Positions 9,381-17,886 are shown, numbered from the stretch's first letter. The stretch: 32,000 nucleotides of DNA from Saccharolobus solfataricus (GCF_900079115.1 NZ_LT549890.1:300001-332000), one strand, 5' to 3'. Numbers and translations: made by a program. Notes: generated from the letters alone by a model not told the origin.

Positions 9381-10435
9381 ATAGGTTAAGAAAGCTTAAG
9401 GCAATCCTAGAAGATAAGAAAGATAGTTGTGCCATAATATTTGGTTCTCCAAATTTATTCTACTTCTTAGAATATTCTGGGGCAGGAGCGTTAATTTATT
9501 GTGATTCACGCTTTACCTTACTTGTCCCTGCCCTAGAGATGTATAGAGCAGAGAATGTGAAAGATGTCGATATTGCAATTTATTATCCATCTAAAATCTT
9601 GGAGAATGTCATTGAAGGTAATATATTTAGGGCTATTGAAAAAATTGTTAATAAGAGCAACATAATGCTAGACGTAAGCTGGGTTGAGGCAAGTACGTAT
9701 AAGGCGTTATCAGAAAAGTATAAGGTAATTGATTTTTCTAATGAGATAGTAAGGTTAAGAGAAGTTAAGGATAACGATGAGATAGAAAGAATAAGAAAAG
9801 CTGGTGAAATTACTGCTGTTGCAATGAAAATTGGTATGGAGAAATTGAGCGAAGGAACTTCTAACGAAAAACAAGTAGCGGGTATTATAGATATGACTAT
9901 GAGATCTATGGGTGCTGAAGATTATGCTTTCCCATCAATAGTGGCATTTGGAGAGAATTCAGCGTATCCACATCACATTCCTACAGATCGTGTATTAGGA
10001 AATAATGATATTGTACTATTTGATATAGGTGCGAAATATAATGGTTACTGCTTTGATAGCACCAGAACTTTTGTATTTAAGAATAGTGAAGCAAAGAAAG
10101 TTTATGAAGTAGTTTTGGAAGCACAAATGGAGGCTATAGATGCCGTTAGGGATGGAGTAATGGCTTCTGAAGTAGATATTACTGCTAGGAGAGTTATAGA
10201 AAAAGCTGGTTATGGTAAATATTTTATACACTCTACTGGACATGGAGTTGGAGTAGAAATTCATGAAAGCCCTGCAGTTTCCATGAATTCCAAGCAGATA
10301 TTGAAGGAAAATATGATTATTACCGTAGAACCTGGAATATATCTGAAAGGCAGGTTCGGTATACGTATAGAAGATACCCTTATTGTAACTAAAGGAAAGC
10401 CCATCGTGCTAGAAACTGCTTATAAACTGTTGTAG
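9377..10435 (+). CDS. pepQ: M24-family Xaa-Pro dipeptidase/aminopeptidase
   Basis: The pita-bread metal-ligand motifs are present: [38 protein letters not shown] and IRIEDT. It overlaps moaA in an ATGA arrangement. Confidence 0.85.
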   Translation: MNRLRKLKAILEDKKDSCAIIFGSPNLFYFLEYSGAGALIYCDSRFTLLVPALEMYRAENVKDVDIAIYYPSKILENVIEGNIFRAIEKIVNKSNIMLDVSWVEASTYKALSEKYKVIDFSNEIVRLREVKDNDEIERIRKAGEITAVAMKIGMEKLSEGTSNEKQVAGIIDMTMRSMGAEDYAFPSIVAFGENSAYPHHIPTDRVLGNNDIVLFDIGAKYNGYCFDSTRTFVFKNSEAKKVYEVVLEAQMEAIDAVRDGVMASEVDITARRVIEKAGYGKYFIHSTGHGVGVEIHESPAVSMNSKQILKENMIITVEPGIYLKGRFGIRIEDTLIVTKGKPIVLETAYKLL

Positions 10436-10438
10436 AAG

Positions 10439-10444
10439 TTTTTT
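10439..10444 (+). terminator. T6 tract 4 nt after the pepQ stop, a candidate archaeal oligo-T terminator
   Basis: The sequence tagaagTTTTTTaac was seen directly. Archaeal RNAP terminates at oligo-T runs. Confidence 0.35.
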
Positions 10445-10488
10445 AACAAAATAGTTATATTAGATTTCTTCACTAAACTATAAACGGT

Positions 10489-11115
10489 ATGCAAAAGACA
10501 GAATTAGACGACCAAAAATTAGTAGAAGAAATAGCTAGAAGGATTAGAGAAATTCTAGAACTACTGGGTGAGAATCCGGAGAGAGAAGGGCTTAAAGAGA
10601 CGCCTGAAAGAGTAGCAAAGGCTTTATTAGAAATGACCTCAGGGTTGAGAACACCGCCTCCTCAAATAAAGGTTTTCAATTTAGGCGACGATGGTGAAGT
10701 ATACGAAAAGAATCAAATAGTACTAATAAAAGACGTTAACTTTTCGTCATTGTGTGAGCATCACATGTTGCCAATTATCGGAAAAATTCATGTAGCGTAT
10801 ATTGTTAGTAATAGCGGTAAGGTAGCTGGTTTTAGCAAAATAATTAGAATTGTGAATTACTATTCTTCACGTCTCCAAATCCAAGAGAGATTAGTAGAAC
10901 AAATAGCTGATGCGATAATGAATAGCGAAATAAAGCCTAAAGGTGTCATGGTGATCGGGAACGCAATACATATGTGTTCATATGTCAGGGGAGTAAAGGA
11001 TAAAGAGGCTAAGTTAGTTTCAGTAGCTTACAGAGGACTGTTTAAGACTAATAGGGCTTTACAAAATCATGTATTTAGGCTACTCGATAATGCAAATAAG
11101 GTAAACTTATTATAG
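10489..11115 (+). CDS. folE: GTP cyclohydrolase I (FolE, type IA)
   Basis: [31 protein letters not shown] and HMCSYVRGV are canonical FolE zinc/active-site motifs. Confidence 0.9.
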
Positions 11116-11117
11116 AG

Positions 11118-11123
11118 TTTTTT
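11118..11123 (+). terminator. T6 tract 3 nt after the folE stop, a candidate oligo-T terminator
   Basis: The sequence tatagagTTTTTTag was seen directly. Confidence 0.35.
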
Positions 11124-11140
11124 AGAATAATTAATTGTTA

Positions 11141-12040
11141 ATGGGCAGTAAAGATAAAGTTATATCTATATTGAAGGAAAAAGGTCCTATATCCCAAACT
11201 GAATTAAGTAAACTTTCTGGATTATCGAAGAGCAGATTATCTGAAGTCTTATCCGAACTTGAGAAACAAGGTATAGTAAAAAGGAGGAAGGTTTTAGGAA
11301 AAAACCTTGAGGTAAGTTTATCTCAAGATAGATTTTTGAGATTGGGAATTATAAGAGCTGCAGAATATCCATTTATAATTCCATTTATTAAAAACTTGGA
11401 AAATAGAGGATATAGCGTTACTGTTAAAATTTATGAAAATGGAATTGATCTAACTAGGGATTTAGTTGAAGCAAAGTTAGATTTAGGCCTATCCCCGATC
11501 ATAACGCAAATAATATTTTCGACGATATATCGGAATATAAGAATTATTGGGGGAGGCGCTAAAGGGGGAGGTGGTATTATAGGCAAAACTTGTAACAGAA
11601 TTGCATCAACTGTAATGTCAAGTATGGAAATATGGGCGTTTAGTGAATTCAAGAATATTGAAATCATTCCATCTTATAGTTCATATGAAATGTTAGACTT
11701 TCTTGAAAAAGGGATAGTAGATGGTATAGCAATTTGGGAACCTTTTTTGTCAATTTTAGAGAGGAAGGGACATAAGGTACATAGATTTACACCATTACAC
11801 TGTTGTACTTTAGCAGTAAGGGAAACTATGGATTGGGAGAGAATAAAGAATATTTATGAAGAATCGTTTAGCTGGTTTAAATCTTCCATAGATAGATGGG
11901 TTTCAAGTTATTCAAACTTACTTAATATTGATTATAATATTCTAAAAGAAGCATCAAAAAATTATGAATTCGATTATTACCTCGACCTTAAGGAGTTCAA
12001 AAACTCATTAAAAAATACTGGTATTTTTATACCAATTTAG
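11141..12040 (+). CDS. Fusion of a winged-HTH (MarR/TrmB-like) domain and a periplasmic-binding-protein-like (NMT1/SsuA-type) domain; putative ligand-sensing regulator
   Basis: The N-terminus ([41 protein letters not shown]) is a wHTH. The rest alternates beta-alpha like a type II PBP ([13 protein letters not shown]..., [10 protein letters not shown]). The track start is the TTG at 11135; an ATG at 11141 is more likely. Confidence 0.6.
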
Positions 12041-13452
12041 GAATCTAAATAATAGTATAACTCCATTGGGTGTGGATAACCTTGCAAGCTTCTTGCCTCA
12101 TCTCTCTTTAAATCTATGTAAGTATCTAATATTGACGAATTAAATACTGGCTTCAAGAACTCTTTATCACTTTCTAACTCATCTAAAGCTTCATTTAATG
12201 ATCTAGGTAGTTCTTTTATTCCCAATTGTCTTCTCTTCTCTGGAGTTAGATGGTATATATTCTCATCCACTGGATCTCCTGGATCTATTTTCTTATTTAC
12301 ACCATCTAATGCAGCCATTAGTAAAGCAGCAAATGCTAGATACGGATTAGTGGATGGATCTGGAGGTCTATACTCTATTCTTTTTGCCTTTTCCATTCCT
12401 CTATAGTATGCTGGCACTCTAATTACGGCACTTCTGTTTCCCTTACTCCACGCAATGTAAACTGGAGCTTCAAACCCTGGTATTAACCTTCTATAACTGT
12501 TTACAGTAGGTGAGACTATTGCAGATAAAGCCCTAGCGTGTGTTAAAAGACCTCCTATTACATATCTTCCAAATTGGCTTATCTCTGCATATTCGTCATT
12601 AGGATCATACATTAAATTCTTCTTTCCATCTTTAGTCCATAAACTGAGGTGCGTGTGCATACCAGTTCCATTATCACCATAAATAGGTTTTGGCATGAAA
12701 GTTACTACTAATCCGTGTTTAGCGGCAATATTTTTAGCTACATACTTCAAAGTTTGGACCTTGTCTGCAGTATCTACAAGAGTAGAGAATCTGAAATCTA
12801 TTTCCCCTTGACCTGCAGTTGCAACTTCATGATGTGTAGCCTCTATGGTGTATCCAAAGTACTTAACTAAAGTATCGACTATCTCTACTCTTACATCCAT
12901 TAGCTGATCAACTGGTGGTGCAGGGTAATATCCCTCTTTAAATCTTATTACAAAGGTTCCACTATCGCTCCACGGAGCCTCCCTTGCATAAATTTTGTAC
13001 CCAGTTCCAGACTGTGGGGCACTTACGTCTAATTTTACCTTATCAAACATGAAGAATTCCAATTCTGGACCATAGTAGGAAGTGTAGCCTTGTTCTGTCT
13101 GGTATTTCTCGGCTTCCTCGGCTATGAATCTAGGATCTCTTTCAAATCTTCCCTTTCCCCCTCCCCAAAAAACTTTGCATAAGACTCTAGCTACTCCTGG
13201 AGACCAAGGAATTAGTGTCATAGTCTCTGGTACTGGTAAGAGTACCATATCACTTTCATAAATGCTCGTAAATCCTCTTATACTGCTTCCGTCTAATTTT
13301 CCGAAACCCGTCTTTAAGGATTCTAAATCAAACTCGTCAGCAGGTATTGTAATATGATGCAGCCTACCGGGAACATCTGTGAATTGTAGATCTACCCATT
13401 TTATGTTATTTTCCTTTAGGAATTTGAGTACATCTTCTGCTGTACTTGGCAT
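12037..13452 (-). CDS. glnA: Glutamine synthetase, type I
   Basis: A 471-aa ORF with [54 protein letters not shown] and [12 protein letters not shown], which are canonical GS-I motifs. Confidence 0.95.
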
Positions 13453-13470
13453 GTATGTGGCTATTCATAT

Positions 13471-13484
13471 ATAGTTTAAAAAGA
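13471..13484 (-). promoter_or_regulatory. Candidate TATA box of glnA (minus strand cTTTTTAAAc), about 25 nt upstream of the ATG, implying a leaderless mRNA
   Basis: Read directly from the sequence. The spacing fits the Sulfolobus TATA-to-TSS distance if transcription starts at or near the ATG. Confidence 0.4.
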
Positions 13485-13508
13485 TTGCTAGATATTATCA
13501 TAGAAAGT

Positions 13509-13536
13509 TTTCACATTCTTATGTGGAATTTCACAT
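13509..13536. promoter_or_regulatory. Clustered TTTCACAT motif upstream of the glnA TATA: TTTCACAT (13509-13516), inverted near-copy ATGTGGAA (13521-13528), TTTCACAT (13529-13536)
   Basis: Seen directly. The two perfect direct copies have starts 20 nt apart, with an inverted 7/8 copy between them. They lie at about -57 to -85 relative to the glnA ATG. Confidence 0.3.
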
Positions 13537-13574
13537 GAGATTTCTCAAAATCTTTCAATTATCTTATAAACCTT

Positions 13575-14183
13575 TTAGAAAACTTTATGTAGAGAGCCAT
13601 TATTCATCACGTAATGGTGATCAGAAAATTTAGCATCTTCAGTATCTTGAGTAACGTAAATTAGATCTATTTGATTCTTTTTACATAGATCGGTATAGAT
13701 ATTAATAAAATATTCCTTTTCTGAGATATTACTGAACCCCTCATCAACTAAAATTAGGTTAGGTTTTGTTAAAATAGCTGTGGCTAATGATACTTTCTCC
13801 CTATTTCCTAAACTTAAATTACCTACTTTTTTGTTCTCATTCGGAACTCCGAGTAATTTAGCCACCTCCATTACTTCTTTATCATTTACTTTTCTTCCTC
13901 TTAGTTTAGCTCCCCATGTTAGATGTTTCTTTAAGTCTAATGTGGGAATGTAACTATCTGGAGTTACTAATATAACATTTCTCTTGTTTATAGGTAAATT
14001 TGTGATATCTATGTCATTTAATCTAATGTACCCTTCATCTGGTTTTAAAATTCCGGCAATAACGTTTAATAATGTACTTTTCCCACTACCATTTTTACCG
14101 GTAATTGCAATTATACCTTTTTCAGAAAAATTAACATTTAGCAAAAAAGCTTGTAATTTCTTTTTTACATATACCTCAATCAT
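13575..14183 (-). CDS. ABC-type ATPase, stand-alone, with non-canonical Q-loop, signature and H-loop
   Basis: Walker A (GKNGSGKST) and Walker B (LILVDEG) are present. The signature reads LSLGNREKV, the Q-loop position reads VTPDSY, and the H-loop reads YVTQD. No permease or binding-protein gene is adjacent. Confidence 0.7.
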   Translation of the reverse strand: MIEVYVKKKLQAFLLNVNFSEKGIIAITGKNGSGKSTLLNVIAGILKPDEGYIRLNDIDITNLPINKRNVILVTPDSYIPTLDLKKHLTWGAKLRGRKVNDKEVMEVAKLLGVPNENKKVGNLSLGNREKVSLATAILTKPNLILVDEGFSNISEKEYFINIYTDLCKKNQIDLIYVTQDTEDAKFSDHHYVMNNGSLHKVF

Positions 14184-14581
14184 TTCAAGTATTTATTTAC
14201 AGTACTCTCTAAAGTATCTTCATCAACAGCTCCAACTAAGGAATCAACCAACTGACCATTGACGAAAATTAATGTAGTAGGTATATTAAGTACGCTATAC
14301 TTATCCGCAATTTTTTGATTTTCATCAACGTTTAGTCTTCCAAAAACTGCTTTACCTTTATATTTCTCAGCAACTTTTTTATAAATTGGTTCATAGAGGT
14401 GGCATGGAGCACACCATTCAGCCCAACAATCAACTAGAACTAACTTATTATTTCTAATTACCTCATCGAAGTTCTCTTCAGTTAAGACTAATGTAACATC
14501 CTCCTTCTTTTTACCATATTCCTCAGCCTTCTTTTGTAATCTTTCAGCAACCTCCTTAATTAATGAGTCAATTTCGCTCAA
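14180..14581 (-). CDS. trxA: Thioredoxin (WCAPC active site) with a charged N-terminal extension
   Basis: LVLVDCWAEWCAPCHLYEPIYKKVAEKY...NIPTTLIFVNGQ is a classical Trx fold. The only in-frame start before the active site is the TTG at 14581. Confidence 0.85.
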   Translation of the reverse strand: MSEIDSLIKEVAERLQKKAEEYGKKKEDVTLVLTEENFDEVIRNNKLVLVDCWAEWCAPCHLYEPIYKKVAEKYKGKAVFGRLNVDENQKIADKYSVLNIPTTLIFVNGQLVDSLVGAVDEDTLESTVNKYLK

Positions 14582-15932
14582 TCCTATCTACCACATAAAC
14601 TTTCTTCAATCTCTTATAAAAAGCTACCCTAGAATTTACATAATTAAGTAATTCATCCTCAATTCCGGCTTTGTGCTCCTTTACCTTAACTAAGGCAACG
14701 GGTTGCTGTCCTAGATTTCCAGCATCTTCCCCTATAACTTTTACGTCTTCAACCATTGGATGAGTCTTTAAGATCTCTTCTAAATCTCTTGGAAATATCG
14801 GGTAGCCCTTAAATTTCAACATCCTCTTTTTGACTCCTCTAAAATACAATAAGCCCTTTTCATCAATCTTAACTAAATCACCTGTTCTTAGCCACCCCTC
14901 ATTAAATACTCTGGCCGTCTCCTCTCTATCTTTATATCCTAGCATGAGCCAAGGAGCCTTAACCCACAATTCTCCCTCATTATTCTCATTGCCCTTATCA
15001 TCTACTATCTTTATCTCAACGCCAGGCAAAGGTTTTCCTATCGAAATTACTCCAGATAGCTCTTTGGGTTGGAAAGTTAGAATTAAACCCTCAGTAAAGC
15101 CGTATTGTTGAACAATATCCTTTCCGTATTTACTCTTAAATGTATTTACGGTCGATGGATACAGTGGTGCAGCAGAACTTACACACAGTTCTAAACTATC
15201 TACTTTCCTTTTTTCCTCGTTATTTAAGTAATCGTAAACAGTTGGGACAGTTGATAGATAATTTATGTTATATTTGTTTATACTTTCAATAGCCTCATCG
15301 ACGTTAAACTTACTCATAATATATAACTTGCCACCAGCTTCCAAGGTAATACCTAACACGCTATTTCCTAAGACGTGAGCTAAAGGAACTGTTAGTATTC
15401 CCCTAATCTCTTTAAGGCCAATAGAATTGTAGAGCGTCGCAGAATTGAGTTCAACTCTGTTAGCGCTATGCAGTACTTGCATTGTCCTTCCTACTATTCC
15501 AGCATAATAGTAAACTAAGCCGACCTCATCCTCTCTGTACTCATAAGGTTTTGTAAAAACGTCTTTTCCTCTCTTATTCACTATCACCTGGTACGATTTG
15601 AGAATATCGTACTCTCTCTTGTATATCTCCTCGTCGGTTACTATTAGGTCAGGGTTTGAATCCTCCAATATGAACTTTAAATCTTCTGCTGAAGTTTGCG
15701 GGTCAACTGCAACTGCCTTACCGCCTGCCCAAAATATTGCTAAGTAATTAATCACTGACTGCAGAGAGTTTAACATTATATGGACTACAGTATCTCCAGG
15801 TGAGATGTTGGAAGCTACATATACTACTTCTCTCGTAACTTGTTCATAGGTAAGTGACTGATTTTTGTCAATTAAAAAGGTTTTTGAAGGCGTTTCTTTA
15901 AACCATTTATAGAGTAATGTTGCAAGACTCAC
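14568..15932 (-). CDS. ANL-superfamily adenylate-forming enzyme (acyl-CoA-synthetase-like), divergent and short
   Basis: QQYGFTEG, GELWVKAPWLMLGY and WLRTGDLVKIDEKGLLYFRG are present. The P-loop region reads YYYAGIVGRTMQ and the C-terminus stops before the usual PxxxxGK motif. The start codon is GTG. Confidence 0.7.
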   Translation of the reverse strand: MSLATLLYKWFKETPSKTFLIDKNQSLTYEQVTREVVYVASNISPGDTVVHIMLNSLQSVINYLAIFWAGGKAVAVDPQTSAEDLKFILEDSNPDLIVTDEEIYKREYDILKSYQVIVNKRGKDVFTKPYEYREDEVGLVYYYAGIVGRTMQVLHSANRVELNSATLYNSIGLKEIRGILTVPLAHVLGNSVLGITLEAGGKLYIMSKFNVDEAIESINKYNINYLSTVPTVYDYLNNEEKRKVDSLELCVSSAAPLYPSTVNTFKSKYGKDIVQQYGFTEGLILTFQPKELSGVISIGKPLPGVEIKIVDDKGNENNEGELWVKAPWLMLGYKDREETARVFNEGWLRTGDLVKIDEKGLLYFRGVKKRMLKFKGYPIFPRDLEEILKTHPMVEDVKVIGEDAGNLGQQPVALVKVKEHKAGIEDELLNYVNSRVAFYKRLKKVYVVDRIERN

Positions 15933-15968
15933 AGTTTCCTTTTTTATTACACAATCTTATTAATTCTT
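15933..15968. promoter_or_regulatory. 36-bp divergent intergenic region with two back-to-back TATA-like elements (TTTTTTATTA for the plus gene; TTAATAA on the minus strand)
   Basis: Seen directly: agtttccTTTTTTATTAcacaatcTTATTAAttctt. Each A/T box lies roughly 20-27 nt from its start codon. Confidence 0.35.
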
Positions 15969-16847
15969 ATGATAAAGATCGTCGGATTATCACGAATTCA
16001 TATTACCTTGTTTGATCTTGAGGGAAAATATGGTAGACTCGACGGTGGGGCAGGAGTTGCCTTGAAATACCCTAGGATAGTAGTTAGGAGTGGCAATTGT
16101 TTTAAGCCTGAAGTCTCCTTGCCTTTTGATGTCCCTAAAATATGTATAGAGGAAGACTTTGAACAACATATAGGACTTGGTCACACTACACAATATTTGT
16201 TATCAGTGGCTAAGCTAGCTGCTGAATATAATTTTAAGAGGCTTAACTCATATGAACTAGCCAAATTGGTAAAAAGAGGTGGGACATCCGGTGTCGGTGT
16301 TTACGCCTTCGAGTATGGAGGTTTTATAGTAGATGGAGGCCATTCCACTAAAGTAAAAAGGGAATTATTACCATCGGATTTCTCTTCTGCTCCTCCTCCC
16401 CCACTAATAGCTAGACTAAATTTTCCTTGGTATATTTACGTTAATGTGGTTAGGGGCGGTAGAAGAGTATTCGGAAAAGATGAGATTAACGCATTTAAAC
16501 AAGCTAAGCTAGAGGGATTAGATACTTTGGCGAGAGTAGTTTTAATGGAGTTAATTCCATCAGTTGCAGAAAGAGATTTGGAAGGAGCGTTAAATGCTAT
16601 CTCGTTAATACAGGATCTAGGATTTAAGAAAGTTGAGGTCTTTTTGCAAACTGATGAGGTCAAAAAACTTATGAATGATATGGTTAAAGCTGGGTTTCCC
16701 GCTGGTCTTTCCTCCTTCGGTCCAGCCGTCTATACATTCGTTAGCTCTAAAAGGGAGGGTGATGAGTTAATTTCAAGATTTGGTGGATTTGTATCTGAAC
16801 CAAATAATGAGGGTGCTAAGGTATTCTGGAGTACGATGAGTTCGTAA
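15969..16847 (+). CDS. mptG: beta-ribofuranosylaminobenzene 5'-phosphate (beta-RFAP) synthase, GHMP-kinase fold
   Basis: The N-terminus (IVGLSRIHITLFDLEGKYGRLDGGAGVALKYPRI) closely follows the beta-RFAP synthase family signature. GGTSGVGV is the GHMP motif. Confidence 0.7.
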   Translation: MIKIVGLSRIHITLFDLEGKYGRLDGGAGVALKYPRIVVRSGNCFKPEVSLPFDVPKICIEEDFEQHIGLGHTTQYLLSVAKLAAEYNFKRLNSYELAKLVKRGGTSGVGVYAFEYGGFIVDGGHSTKVKRELLPSDFSSAPPPPLIARLNFPWYIYVNVVRGGRRVFGKDEINAFKQAKLEGLDTLARVVLMELIPSVAERDLEGALNAISLIQDLGFKKVEVFLQTDEVKKLMNDMVKAGFPAGLSSFGPAVYTFVSSKREGDELISRFGGFVSEPNNEGAKVFWSTMSS

Positions 16848-16891
16848 TTAGTGATTTAAGAGAGGTTTATGGTGAATATTTAAACGACTTC

Positions 16892-17875
16892 TTGAATGCC
16901 ATAAGGAAGCCAAATCCTAGATTATACATTAGGGTTAATACTCTAAAGACCTCTGTAGAGAAAATACTGGAAAGGCTTCCACATTTTAAGCCGGACGAAG
17001 ATTTCAAAGAGGCAATTTACGTTGAGATAAAAGGGCCAAATGAAATTAACATTCATGAAAATAAGGTAATTGTAGATAAGAAAACTGCGGAAAGCGCTAT
17101 GTTAGGTGCTAATGTTTACAAACCGGGTTTAAAGAGTGTTGTAATTAATAATGCAAAAGATAAAAGGGTTACAGTTTATAGCGATAATGGAATACCAGTA
17201 GCTGAGGGTAAATATTATGGCATGAATACTAATTTAGTAGTTGAGGTTACGAATTCCTTATACACCTCCCCTAAATTAGCTGATCTGCCAGAGTTGAAGA
17301 ATGGATTAATATATGTTCAAGGTAAGGCATCAATGTATGTTGCTCATTTACTTGATCCACATCCTAATGAGAAAATAGTAGATATGACTGCATATGCTGG
17401 TGGGAAATTAACTCATATTTATCAGTTAGAGCCTAGAGTTAAGCTTATTGGTTTTGATCATACTGAAAAGAAGGTAGAGAAATTAAGGGATTTAGCAAAT
17501 AAAATGGGAATGAGAATAGAAATATATAAGGCGGATTCAAGGTATCTTTACGAGGATTATAAAATAGGTGATGTTGATAAAGTGGTAATTGATCCTCCAT
17601 GTTCAGCGTTGGGGATAAGGCCTAAATTATACGACCATAAAACTAAACAAGATATACTCAATTTCCATAAATACCAGAAGCAATTCCTAAATTCCGCTTA
17701 TAAGATTTTAAAGAAAAATGGTGTGGTAATTTATTCTACTTGTACTGTAACTACATGGGAGAACGAGAAGGTTATAAATGATCCAAGATTTTCGGTAGAA
17801 TATGAGATTAGATTTCATCCCCATATTCACGAAATTACCGGTTTTTTCATAGCTAAGCTAATAAAGAAAGGCTAA
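16892..17875 (+). CDS. PUA-domain NOL1/NOP2/Sun-family RNA (cytosine-C5)-methyltransferase, NSUN6-like
   Basis: The SAM-MTase motifs are present: DMTAYAGGK, VIDPPCSALG (motif IV Cys) and IYSTCT (motif VI Cys). A PUA-like N-terminal half precedes them. The first canonical start is the TTG at 16892. Confidence 0.75.
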   Translation: MNAIRKPNPRLYIRVNTLKTSVEKILERLPHFKPDEDFKEAIYVEIKGPNEINIHENKVIVDKKTAESAMLGANVYKPGLKSVVINNAKDKRVTVYSDNGIPVAEGKYYGMNTNLVVEVTNSLYTSPKLADLPELKNGLIYVQGKASMYVAHLLDPHPNEKIVDMTAYAGGKLTHIYQLEPRVKLIGFDHTEKKVEKLRDLANKMGMRIEIYKADSRYLYEDYKIGDVDKVVIDPPCSALGIRPKLYDHKTKQDILNFHKYQKQFLNSAYKILKKNGVVIYSTCTVTTWENEKVINDPRFSVEYEIRFHPHIHEITGFFIAKLIKKG

Positions 17876-17886
17876 AAATTCTATAT

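Noticed and set aside
11549-11590. A Walker-A-like match (GGGIIGKT) in the HTH-PBP regulator.
   Set aside because: It aligns with the usual ...LKGK... turn of PBP-fold domains. No Walker B or other NTPase features follow, so the match is probably coincidental.
16820-16847. A programmed -1 frameshift fusing beta-RFAP synthase to the methyltransferase.
   Set aside because: There is no slippery X XXY YYZ heptamer or downstream structure at the junction. The two domains have unrelated functions, and a TTG start is the simpler explanation.
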